Shown: one piece after another, positions 21,993 to 29,606 of the stretch
Position numbering within the stretch: the stretch's first letter is position 1
Layout: every line of letters begins with the position of its first letter
Assembly (NCBI RefSeq): GCF_000619845.1
Contig: NZ_JHUX01000003.1
Span: 210,001-242,000, forward strand
DNA length: 32,000 nt
Direction of reading: 5' to 3'
From: Alkanindiges illinoisensis DSM 15370
Lineage (GTDB): Bacteria; Pseudomonadota; Gammaproteobacteria; Pseudomonadales; Moraxellaceae
Made by a program: the position numbers and the translations under genes
The notes under the pieces: generated by a model
The model's database searches: none
Seen by the model: the letters and a program-made list of their open reading frames with translations, nothing else
What the model was told of the DNA's origin: nothing

Positions 21993-22739
21993 ATGGTAGT
22001 AGCAGTAGAGCGTTTTGATTTTATCGAGTTTTTAAGACTGGCCATTGCCGATACTGAAGGCAATCCACGTAGTAAAATTACCCGGTCAGTGGTACTTGGT
22101 GAATTAGGCCTGTTATCTGACTGGCCGAAAATGTGGGCAGGTCTTTTAGTTACCCATATCGAGCGCGAGCGTATTGCTGTGATTACACCATCACAGCGCC
22201 AGCATATTGATATGATCAGTAAATATGATTTTAACTATGAATGGAAACGCCGTATTGCGGATAAGCCAGGTACTGTGGAAATCAAACAGGGGTCCATTAA
22301 GTCAGGTGACTTTTACCGCATCAGAAACCATATTGCTGGTGTGATTGAAAAAATCATGATTAAAAATGGTTTTCAGCCCAACCACTGTAATGGCACCGTG
22401 ATCAAGGTGGCCAAGCAGCTGGCCGAGCTGGTGCTGATGAGCCATTTATTCGGGAAGGGCATGTGCGCTCATTGCAGTGGTATTGGCAAGCATGAGGTTT
22501 ATGAACATGGCAAGTCAGTCGGCATTACCAAGTGCACGCGCTGTAATGGCACAGGCAAGATCCCGTACACCATTAATGAGAAATTAAAATTAATGGGGCT
22601 TAGTGCCATGCATAAATCTAACTATTCCCGTCGATATGCGTTCTATGAGCGTGTCGGAGAATCTATAATTACCCAGTGGAATATTACCATTGGTGACCAT
22701 TTAAGACGTTCATTCGATAATGAACAAAAAGTAACCTAA
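21993..22739 (+). CDS. Q-type late-gene antiterminator (zinc-binding CxxCxGxG x2)
   Basis: The zinc-binding region is 'CAHCSGIGKHEVYEHGKSVGITKCTRCNGTGK'. It is the last gene before a consensus promoter, a pause element and a terminator. Confidence 0.65.
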   Translation: MVVAVERFDFIEFLRLAIADTEGNPRSKITRSVVLGELGLLSDWPKMWAGLLVTHIERERIAVITPSQRQHIDMISKYDFNYEWKRRIADKPGTVEIKQGSIKSGDFYRIRNHIAGVIEKIMIKNGFQPNHCNGTVIKVAKQLAELVLMSHLFGKGMCAHCSGIGKHEVYEHGKSVGITKCTRCNGTGKIPYTINEKLKLMGLSAMHKSNYSRRYAFYERVGESIITQWNITIGDHLRRSFDNEQKVT

Positions 22740-22750
22740 CTTACAAACTG

Positions 22751-22791
22751 TTGACACAAAGGCAACGCTTTGATATAAGTTTCCCTATAAT
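22751..22791 (+). promoter_or_regulatory. PR'-like late promoter with a promoter-proximal -10-like pause element
   Basis: TTGACA lies at 22751-22756, followed by a 17-bp spacer and an extended -10, TGATATAAG, at 22771-22779. A second perfect TATAAT at 22786-22791 falls at about +1 to +6. Confidence 0.7.
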
Positions 22792-22862
22792 GGGCGTTTT
22801 CGTAAGTGCAGCGCCAATCAGCCTGTTTATAGCCCGGTCTTCCAAAATTCCGGGCTTTTTTT
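22786..22862 (+). ncRNA. Predicted short terminated leader transcript (lambda 6S-RNA-like) from PR' to tR'
   Basis: It is bounded by the inferred start site and the terminator. The track ORF covering it is only a TTG-initiated extension of the lar frame. It is a prediction only. Confidence 0.4.
22831..22862 (+). terminator. tR'-like Rho-independent terminator
   Basis: AGCCCGG-tcttccaaaatt-CCGGGCT is followed by TTTTTTT. Confidence 0.75.
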
Positions 22863-22885
22863 ATGCCTATAATAAAAGGTGGACT

Positions 22886-23143
22886 ATGCATAAAGGTTTA
22901 ACCATGTACTCCAGTGATGCGATTCCTCCAGTACATCCACCTGTTCCCGTTAAGCCTTGCCCATTTTGTGGTGGTCATGCAGTTGCATCATCATGGATTG
23001 AGGAAGTAGAAGATTGGGAAGTATTTGCAGCTGATGTGTGTTGCCATGACTGTGGTGCAAAAATTGAATCCAATTGCAAATTTGTTGATGACCGTGATGC
23101 GATGGTATTGAGTGTCATTGAGGCCTGGAACAAGCGCGTATAA
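22886..23143 (+). CDS. lar: Lar-family restriction-alleviation protein
   Basis: The string 'KPCPFCGGHA....CCHDCGAK.....VIEAWNKRV' fits the Lar_restr_allev pattern. An AAGGTGG RBS is present. The longer track ORF would start inside the promoter. Confidence 0.75.
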   Translation: MHKGLTMYSSDAIPPVHPPVPVKPCPFCGGHAVASSWIEEVEDWEVFAADVCCHDCGAKIESNCKFVDDRDAMVLSVIEAWNKRV

Positions 23144-23278
23144 CAGAATAGTAGGGACCTCTGCCTCAAGGCGTCACATGGCAAGTGGGCGGCTCTGATA
23201 ACAAACCGTGACGGAAACTTTTTTTACATCATTAAATAATTAATTTATAAAGTCGTTAAATCTAATGAGCTATGTAAT

Positions 23279-23878
23279 ATGAATAAAAATTTATTTGCCT
23301 TGGTATTGGTATCGCTAACTTTAACAGGCTGTACTGCTGGTATTCAGAATGGGCTGGCTCAAGCCTATGGCGTAAAAAATTATCAGGATACTAATGCACC
23401 GCAAAAAGCCAGGTTGCGAGTTATTAAGGGTGATTTGCAATCTTATGAAATTTATCCTTCAGGCTGCTTAACAACACAAGATACCGAAAGGGGATCGTTG
23501 AATACACCTGTTGTTTCATCCGGTAGTCTTAAAGACCAGCTAAATGGTAAAGCAAGAATTCATCAGGAAAAGCTTCTAGGTATGCCTTTTCCACCAAAAG
23601 TGGATAATGGATATTTTTATGAATTTAATGTCCCTGCTAATAAAAAAATGGTTCTTAACTTCCTAAGTCGCAAGATTGATGGAACTCAGGTACTTAACTG
23701 TAGTCAATATCGCGCTGTTACTTTTGAACCTGGTAAAGATTATGAGTTAAGAGATGTTCCAACAGGAATGTATAGCTGCTCATTCTCAATTACTGAAATT
23801 CAAACTGATGGCAGCCGGATTGATCATAAACAGCAAAAACTGATAGATCGAAAAGAAGCAACCTGCAAAAACAGTTAG
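23279..23878 (+). CDS. Lipoprotein of unknown function (moron; candidate superinfection-exclusion factor)
   Basis: The lipobox is 'LVSLTLTG|C'. The coding segment and its upstream flank are AT-rich relative to the phage backbone. There is no C-terminal TM segment. Confidence 0.65.
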   Translation: MNKNLFALVLVSLTLTGCTAGIQNGLAQAYGVKNYQDTNAPQKARLRVIKGDLQSYEIYPSGCLTTQDTERGSLNTPVVSSGSLKDQLNGKARIHQEKLLGMPFPPKVDNGYFYEFNVPANKKMVLNFLSRKIDGTQVLNCSQYRAVTFEPGKDYELRDVPTGMYSCSFSITEIQTDGSRIDHKQQKLIDRKEATCKNS

Positions 23879-23969
23879 TGAGTTAATTCTTTAAAAAATT
23901 TGGATTAACAGAAATTTGAACCCAGCCGCCCAGCCGGGTTTTTTTACGCCTATAGAAAAGGACTTCACC

Positions 23970-24203
23970 ATGTCACGTGAGCAGATTCGGCATGCCAAGG
24001 CCGAGCTTGATCATCTAGGTTCTTGTACACAAGCAGGCAAGACACCAGAGCAGCTGGCCGAGATGGATAACAAGTTTTATGCAGCGCTGGATAAAAAAGC
24101 CCAGTTAGAGCGCCAGCTGTACGATGCCAATGCTCGCCGATTTGGCAGGCCAACCATGCGTGAACTGGAAGTATTGGCACGTTGTTCAAATCATAAATTT
24201 TAA
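23970..24203 (+). CDS. Hypothetical protein (77 aa)
   Basis: An AAAAGGA RBS precedes ATG 23970. The longer TTG-initiated track ORF covers a hairpin/T-run. Confidence 0.45.
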   Translation: MSREQIRHAKAELDHLGSCTQAGKTPEQLAEMDNKFYAALDKKAQLERQLYDANARRFGRPTMRELEVLARCSNHKF

Positions 24204-24234
24204 GTGTTGTGCTTGGGTGAGCGTATTGCACCAG

Positions 24235-24275
24235 CCGGCTGCTGTTTGAAACGGGGCAGCAGTCGGTATTTTTTT
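24235..24275 (+). terminator. Rho-independent terminator between convergent genes
   Basis: CCGGCTGCTG-(12 nt)-CAGCAGTCGG forms a 10-bp stem with one G-U pair, followed by TATTTTTTT. Confidence 0.7.
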
Positions 24276-24543
24276 ATTTGCTTAATAATTTCTCTAAGTG
24301 TTGGCAGGCCAGCACACCATATTTTTCACGTAGCTGCTTATTGTTGAGTACATGCAGGCAAACAGCCTGGTCAAAATCATTTGCGGCCGCACGTTGCTCC
24401 AGTCGTTCACGCTGTTCTTTTTTGCGTTGTGCTGCTGACTTGCCAGATTTATCAATTTTGGGTGGACGGCCAACCGGATTCTTAAACAGATCCGCCGTGT
24501 ATTTATCCTTTTCCATATTCTTATAGCTCACTGGACAGAGCAT
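24274..24543 (-). CDS. Small basic protein on the opposite strand inside the late operon (89 aa, or 80 aa from the second Met)
   Basis: The string 'DLFKNPVGRPPKIDKSGKSAAQRKKEQRERLEQR' is a basic, DNA-binding-like N-terminus. The gene has its own upstream palindrome. The start is ambiguous (24543 or 24516). Confidence 0.5.
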   Translation of the reverse strand: MLCPVSYKNMEKDKYTADLFKNPVGRPPKIDKSGKSAAQRKKEQRERLEQRAAANDFDQAVCLHVLNNKQLREKYGVLACQHLEKLLSK

Positions 24544-24562
24544 AAATTTTAACCTAATTAAA

Positions 24563-24575
24563 TGTGACTGTCACA
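24563..24575. promoter_or_regulatory. 13-bp perfect palindrome TGTGAC-T-GTCACA in the divergent intergenic region
   Basis: It lies between the minus-strand 89-aa gene and the plus-strand micro-ORF/metallopeptidase pair. On the minus strand, TAAAAT (reverse complement of 24547-24552) lies 18 nt downstream of the TGTGAC half-site. Confidence 0.45.
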
Positions 24576-24617
24576 AATAATTATTGACTGGCCAAAAGGC
24601 ATTTTGGGGTGCTGCAC

Positions 24618-24716
24618 ATGGATCGTGGATACGGGATGTATTTCGTGCTGGCCGCTTTGGTTTTGCTGGCCAGTTTATTTATTTACCTTGCTGTTAGTTT
24701 TCCGGTGTTTTTATGA
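24618..24716 (+). CDS. Micro-ORF encoding a 32-aa single-TM peptide, coupled to the metallopeptidase gene
   Basis: Hand translation gives MDRGYGMYFVLAALVLLASLFIYLAVSFPVFL. Its stop overlaps the next ATG as ATGA (24713-24716). Confidence 0.4.
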   Translation: MDRGYGMYFVLAALVLLASLFIYLAVSFPVFL

Positions 24717-25384
24717 CTGACCTCGTTAGACCATTCCCACCAGTAAATTTTCTGGATCAGGCTAAAGCAGATTTGGAATCCGGGCTTGACCCAGCGGTTG
24801 AGCTTATCCCTGCACCTGAAGTGCTGTCCTGGGTAAAACGTACGTTCCTAAAAATTGGCAGTCCACTGTATAACCCGGAGCATGAACATATTTCTCTATT
24901 GGTTGAGTCAATTGAAGAAGATAAAGGCTTTTTAACCTTTGCCTGGGCATCCGCACCGGCTAAAAATAAAAATAGCCTGGTGCTTGGCCAGTGTGAGCGT
25001 GTGGCCTTTCGTGCCGGTGGCTGGCAGAAAGCACGCCAGGAACAACAAATGCGTGAATGGTTTGGTTTTACACCCACGTACCTTATTACGCTCGATGCGA
25101 GTTTTTGTGAAACGGCTACCGATCGGGAGTTTTGTGCACTGGTTGACCATGAGCTTTGTCATATCGGTGTAGAGCGCGATGAAGATGGCGAGATGATTAC
25201 CAGTAATGTCACTGGCCTGCCAAAGCATCGTTTGGTCAATCACGATGTTGAGGAGTTTTTCGATACCGTCAGGCGTTGGGGTGCAAACAGCGATACCAAG
25301 CGACTGGCCAACATTGCTAACACTGCACCGTTTGTGCCGGATACTGAAGTGGAACGGGGCTGCGGGGCAGTCGTTATCAAGTGA
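24713..25384 (+). CDS. Putative phage metallopeptidase (HExxH)
   Basis: The zinc-binding motif lies in 'ALVDHELCHIGVERDEDGE'. Size and position (just upstream of the terminase genes) match the uncharacterised 'putative phage metallopeptidase' family. Confidence 0.65.
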   Translation: MTDLVRPFPPVNFLDQAKADLESGLDPAVELIPAPEVLSWVKRTFLKIGSPLYNPEHEHISLLVESIEEDKGFLTFAWASAPAKNKNSLVLGQCERVAFRAGGWQKARQEQQMREWFGFTPTYLITLDASFCETATDREFCALVDHELCHIGVERDEDGEMITSNVTGLPKHRLVNHDVEEFFDTVRRWGANSDTKRLANIANTAPFVPDTEVERGCGAVVIK

Positions 25385-25441
25385 GCTTCGGCTCATTTTT
25401 TTTGCCTTGTAGGTCTTACCTAGACTTACAAAGGGGGAGTA

Positions 25442-25906
25442 ATGGCAGTTTTAAAAGAGCCAGTAAAAATATTTATTGTTCAAGCTCTTGCCTGCCGTGA
25501 CCGACCTCAGGAAGTGGTAGACGCGGTAAGACAGGAATTTGGTGTTGATATTCCATTGCAGCAATGCGCTGCCTATGACCCAACAAGGCCTACGTGCCGC
25601 AAATTAAGTGCTGACCTAAAAAAGCTTTTCTTTGACACACGAGAGAAGTTTGACGCTGGTTTGATTGATATTCCGATTGCCAATAAGCATTACCGGCTTA
25701 AGCAGTATCAGAAGCAATTGGAGCGCAACAGTAGAAATACCACAATGTCGCTCAAGATTCTGGAGCAGGCCGCAAAGGACGTGGGTGGCCAGTACACCAA
25801 TCGGCAGGAAGTAACCGGCAAGGATGGTGAGCCACTTCACCCACCAGCCAATGTTCCATTGGATGACTATATAGCAGCACGGGAGCAATTGAAGGATGAG
25901 TACTGA
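25442..25906 (+). CDS. DUF2280-family protein (terminase small subunit candidate)
   Basis: The strings 'VKIFIVQALACRDRPQEVVDAVRQEFG' and 'IPIANKHYRL' are characteristic of DUF2280. It lies immediately upstream of TerL and overlaps it. Confidence 0.7.
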   Translation: MAVLKEPVKIFIVQALACRDRPQEVVDAVRQEFGVDIPLQQCAAYDPTRPTCRKLSADLKKLFFDTREKFDAGLIDIPIANKHYRLKQYQKQLERNSRNTTMSLKILEQAAKDVGGQYTNRQEVTGKDGEPLHPPANVPLDDYIAAREQLKDEY

Positions 25907-27428
25907 TCCTGCCCGTGACTTGGCCATACGAGTTGAGGCGCGGGAAGACTTTTACTTTTTCTCGCGCTATATGTTCAAGGAACGCCGTAAGTATAAGTGG
26001 CTGCACAACGACCATCACCGCCAGATCTGTGACGCACTCATGAAGGTTTTTCGCGGTGAAACCAGGCGGCTGATTATCAATATCCCACCTCGCTATTCTA
26101 AAACCGAGCTGGCCGTAATCAATTTTATGGCTTGGTGTTTTGGCCGTGTGCCTGATTGTGAATTTATTCATATCAGTTATTCGGCAAAGCTGGCCGCGAA
26201 TAATGCAGCCCAGACCCGTAATCTGGTGCGTGAGCCGGCTTACCTTAAAGTGTTTCCGGATCTGGCGCTAAAAGATGATAGCCAGGCTAAAGACGATTGG
26301 CGCACCACAGCTGGAGGCGTTTGTTATTCACAGGGTACTGGCGGCACCATCACCGGCTTTGGTGCTGGTAAATTCCGGCAACAGTTTGGCGGTGCCATTA
26401 TTATTGATGATCCGCACAAGGCGGACGAGGCCAGCAGTAAAACCATCCGTGAGGGTGTAATTGAGTGGTTCCAGAATACACTGGAGTCGCGTACTAACTC
26501 ACGGGACACACCCATCATTGTGATCATGCAGCGCCTGCATGAGGAAGATTTAGCCGGCTGGCTACTGGGTGATCGGGGCGAGGAGGGTACGCCTGTAGCG
26601 GGTGGCAATGGTGAAATATGGGAGCATTTGTGTTTGTCGGCCATTAAGCCTGATGGCACTGCACTCTGGCCAGCCAAGCATGATATTCAAACCCTGCACC
26701 GCATGGAGCTGGCGGCACCTTATGTATTTGCTGGCCAGTATCGGCAACTTCCATCACCACCAGCGGGTGGGTTCTTCAAGCCTGACAACATGGAAATTGT
26801 GGATGCCTTGCCGGCAACCGCTGACCGGTCATGCCGTGCATGGGATTTGGGCGCCACTGAAAATGAGGGTGATCCGACTGCTGGTGTACGTCTTACTGAT
26901 GGTAAGGACGGTTACTGGTATGTCGTAGGCGTAGAGCATGGCCAGCTGGGGCCAGAGAATGTGGAAAAACGGATTAAATCAACTGCTGCGACTGATGGCA
27001 AGGCGGTCAGAATCCGCTTGCCACAAGATCCTGGGCAGGCTGGTAAGGCACAGGCCAAGTCATTTATCAAAATGCTTTCAGGCTATCAGGTCAAGGCTGA
27101 AACCGTATCGGGTGATAAGGCCACACGTGCCGCGCCGTTTGCTGCCCAGGTCAATGTGGGTAATGTTCGCTTGCTCCGGGGTGACTGGAACAAGGCTTTC
27201 ATTGAGGAGCTGCGTAATTTTCCTAATGGTAAGCATGATGATCAGGTGGACGCTGCATCTGATGCGTTCAACGACTTAAACGACATTATGCCAGGGCAAG
27301 GCCTATTTGACTTTATTGCACAGCAGGCACAACAACAGGCAGAGCGTGAAGCAGCCGAGCAGGAACAACAGGCGCAAGCCGAATCACAAGGGGGTAATTC
27401 ATGGCTACAGCAAGCGGTGGCAAGGTAA
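25896..27428 (+). CDS. Terminase large subunit
   Basis: A Walker-A-like 'INIPPRYSKTE' motif is present. The 'IIIDDPHK' string fits a Walker B. The C-terminal nuclease signature is 'FPNGKHDDQVDAASDAFNDL'. Confidence 0.9.
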   Translation: MSTDPARDLAIRVEAREDFYFFSRYMFKERRKYKWLHNDHHRQICDALMKVFRGETRRLIINIPPRYSKTELAVINFMAWCFGRVPDCEFIHISYSAKLAANNAAQTRNLVREPAYLKVFPDLALKDDSQAKDDWRTTAGGVCYSQGTGGTITGFGAGKFRQQFGGAIIIDDPHKADEASSKTIREGVIEWFQNTLESRTNSRDTPIIVIMQRLHEEDLAGWLLGDRGEEGTPVAGGNGEIWEHLCLSAIKPDGTALWPAKHDIQTLHRMELAAPYVFAGQYRQLPSPPAGGFFKPDNMEIVDALPATADRSCRAWDLGATENEGDPTAGVRLTDGKDGYWYVVGVEHGQLGPENVEKRIKSTAATDGKAVRIRLPQDPGQAGKAQAKSFIKMLSGYQVKAETVSGDKATRAAPFAAQVNVGNVRLLRGDWNKAFIEELRNFPNGKHDDQVDAASDAFNDLNDIMPGQGLFDFIAQQAQQQAEREAAEQEQQAQAESQGGNSWLQQAVAR

Positions 27429-29566
27429 CAGCCTTAGCAGCTGACTTTGTGCAGCGTGTTGCAGCTGGTTTTCATACTGCAATCACTGGGAAGGCACCAG
27501 ACTGGTTTGGCCCGTCTGATCCGACCCCAGCCGTTGCACCGGAAGGTACAGCCGGACGCCAGTTTGATTATGGCACCGGCATTAACATGAACAACACGCC
27601 ACGCCAGGGCGAGCTATTCGGCTTTAATGTGATGCGTACACTGGCCGATTCATCGGATTTGCTGCGTGTCATTATTGAGCGCCGCAAGGACCAGATTGTC
27701 CGCATGGACTGGACTATTAAAGTTCGGGATAAAGCCGGCACGGTGGGTGATGAGTCAGCGACACCAGATCCACGTTGTGACCAGGTGGCGGAGTTTTTAC
27801 GCTTTCCTGATCTGGAGCACGACTGGGCAACCTGGCTGCGTATGCTGCTGGAAGATCTACTGGTAATTGATGCTCCGACGGTTTACCCGCGTAAAACCAA
27901 GGGCGGTGATTTATATTCGCTGGAGCCAGTGGACGGTGCCACCATTAAGCGTGTGCTCGATGTGTACGGCCGAACACCCATTAATGGTGAAACAGCCTAT
28001 CAGCAAATCCTGAAGGGCATGCCGGCCGTAGATTATGCCCATAATGAGCTGTTTTACCTGCCACGTAATCCACGCACCCATAAAGTGTATGGTTACTCGC
28101 CAGTTGAGCAGATCGTCAATATCATTACCCTGGCGTTGAACCGGCAAACCTACCAGACTGCCTACTATACCGATGGCAGCACCCCTGACCTGATTTTTCA
28201 GGTGCCTGATGCGTGGACCGTGGAGCAAACCAAACAGTTCACGGACTGGTGGAATGATCTGTTGTCAGGGAATTTGACGGAACGGCGTAAAACCCGGTTC
28301 GTGCCAAACGGTGTAAAGCCGGTTGATACTAAGGAAAAAGCGCTGACCGATCAGGCTGACGAGTGGATTGCCCGGGTGGCATGTTTTGCTTTTGGTATTT
28401 CACCACATGGCTTTGTTAAAGAAGTGAACCGGGCCACGGCAGAAACTGCACAGCAGGCCTCACAATCGGAAGGCCTTGCGCCGCTCATGATGTGGGTTAA
28501 ATCCATGATGGACCGCATTATCAGTGCCTATTTTGGCAGTGATCTTGAGTTCATTTGGCAGTCTGACGAAATGGTCGCGCCTAAGGATCAGGCCGAGATT
28601 GATTCCAAGTATGTAACCGCCAAGATCCTGACCGCCGACGAGGTACGCGCCAAGCGGTTTGGTTTGGGTGCATTACCTAAAGAGATGTCGCCAGATCCAC
28701 CAGCTGATCCGGAGCAACCAGATCCACCAGAGGCAAATCCTGCCAAGGAGAAAGTGGCCAAGGCAAAAAAGCCGGTGAGCCTGATCAACCGGGATCGGGC
28801 GATAGTCACGGAAACAGTCACGGCCATTCAGGCGGAGTTAGTAAGCTTCTTTGCAGTGGAGTCGGAGCTGCTGGCCAGCGATGTGATAGCAGCACTGGAA
28901 GCGGAAGCACTTGGCAAGGCTACTGACAATAACGGTATTATCGGCAAGATTTTAAATACATTGTCGTTTGGTCGCTGGCAGACTCTGGTGGACGGGTTTA
29001 AGGCGCGCCTTCAGGTGGTGGCACTGGATGGCGTGAACGAGGCATTTTTTCAGGTCGGTATAGATCCGGAGAATATGGAAGATGCCTTATCACTGGCCAA
29101 TCAGAAAGCGATTGATTATGCCAATGAACGGGCAGCTGAACTGGTTGGCATGCGCTGGCAGAATGGCGAGCTGGTCGAAAATCCCAGCCCGCTATATTCC
29201 ATCACTGAAAGCACCCGTGACATGCTGCGTAGTAAAGTCACACAAGCCATGGAGGAGGGCTGGAGCAATGACACACTGGCCAATGAGATCAAGGCTGATT
29301 ACGCCTTCAGCGCTGAGCGTGCCGATTCTATCGCACGTACAGAAACGGCCATCGCTGATGTTGAGGGTAATGTGGCCGCTTATGAGGAATCCGAGCTGGT
29401 CGAGTCCAAGCAGTGGCTCACTGCACCAGGCTGCTGCCCGAAATGTGCAGCACTCTCTGGAGTAATTGTCCCGCTGAATGAATATTTTGTGGTGGGGAGT
29501 TTTCGCAAGAATGCCCCGCTGCACCCACATTGCCGGTGTGACATCTTACCGGTGTTAAAAGATTAA
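27401..29566 (+). CDS. Portal protein fused in-frame to a Mu F / SPP1 gp7-like head-morphogenesis domain
   Basis: The N-terminal ~430 aa are portal-like. A Pro-rich linker ('PDPPADPEQPDPPEANP') follows. The C-terminus ('ARTETAIA...WLTAPGCCPKCAALSG....PLHPHCRCDILP') matches the MuF/gp7 family. Confidence 0.8.
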   Translation: MATASGGKVTALAADFVQRVAAGFHTAITGKAPDWFGPSDPTPAVAPEGTAGRQFDYGTGINMNNTPRQGELFGFNVMRTLADSSDLLRVIIERRKDQIVRMDWTIKVRDKAGTVGDESATPDPRCDQVAEFLRFPDLEHDWATWLRMLLEDLLVIDAPTVYPRKTKGGDLYSLEPVDGATIKRVLDVYGRTPINGETAYQQILKGMPAVDYAHNELFYLPRNPRTHKVYGYSPVEQIVNIITLALNRQTYQTAYYTDGSTPDLIFQVPDAWTVEQTKQFTDWWNDLLSGNLTERRKTRFVPNGVKPVDTKEKALTDQADEWIARVACFAFGISPHGFVKEVNRATAETAQQASQSEGLAPLMMWVKSMMDRIISAYFGSDLEFIWQSDEMVAPKDQAEIDSKYVTAKILTADEVRAKRFGLGALPKEMSPDPPADPEQPDPPEANPAKEKVAKAKKPVSLINRDRAIVTETVTAIQAELVSFFAVESELLASDVIAALEAEALGKATDNNGIIGKILNTLSFGRWQTLVDGFKARLQVVALDGVNEAFFQVGIDPENMEDALSLANQKAIDYANERAAELVGMRWQNGELVENPSPLYSITESTRDMLRSKVTQAMEEGWSNDTLANEIKADYAFSAERADSIARTETAIADVEGNVAAYEESELVESKQWLTAPGCCPKCAALSGVIVPLNEYFVVGSFRKNAPLHPHCRCDILPVLKD

Positions 29567-29569
29567 CCG

Positions 29570-29593
29570 CCCACTTTATGTGGGTTTTATTTT
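29570..29593 (+). terminator. Weak hairpin CCCAC-tttat-GTGGG followed by TTTTATTTT after the portal gene
   Basis: The stem is only 5 bp, so it may act as an attenuator at most. The track ATG at 29580 lies inside it. Confidence 0.3.
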
Positions 29594-29606
29594 GCCTGGA
29601 GTTTTT

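Noticed and set aside
22751-22885. 5' extensions of track ORFs using TTG or other upstream starts. Examples: 22751 for lar, 10632 for int, 23916 for the 77-aa ORF, 4352 for TagF-like 2, 29580 for the protease, 6604 for kpsC, 17458 for the RHH-like gene.
   Set aside because: The extensions run through promoters, terminator hairpins or repeat arrays. Downstream ATG/GTG codons with good Shine-Dalgarno sequences exist in each case.
23279-23878. The lipoprotein as an o-spanin or unimolecular spanin, which would restore a lysis function to this slot.
   Set aside because: At 199 aa it is much larger than typical o-spanins. It has no partner i-spanin gene embedded or adjacent, and lacks the C-terminal TM helix required of a u-spanin.
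24563-24575. TGTGACTGTCACA as a CRP/cAMP receptor site.
   Set aside because: The CRP consensus has TGTGA and TCACA half-sites separated by 6 nt. Here they are 3 nt apart, so a dedicated phage regulator is more likely.
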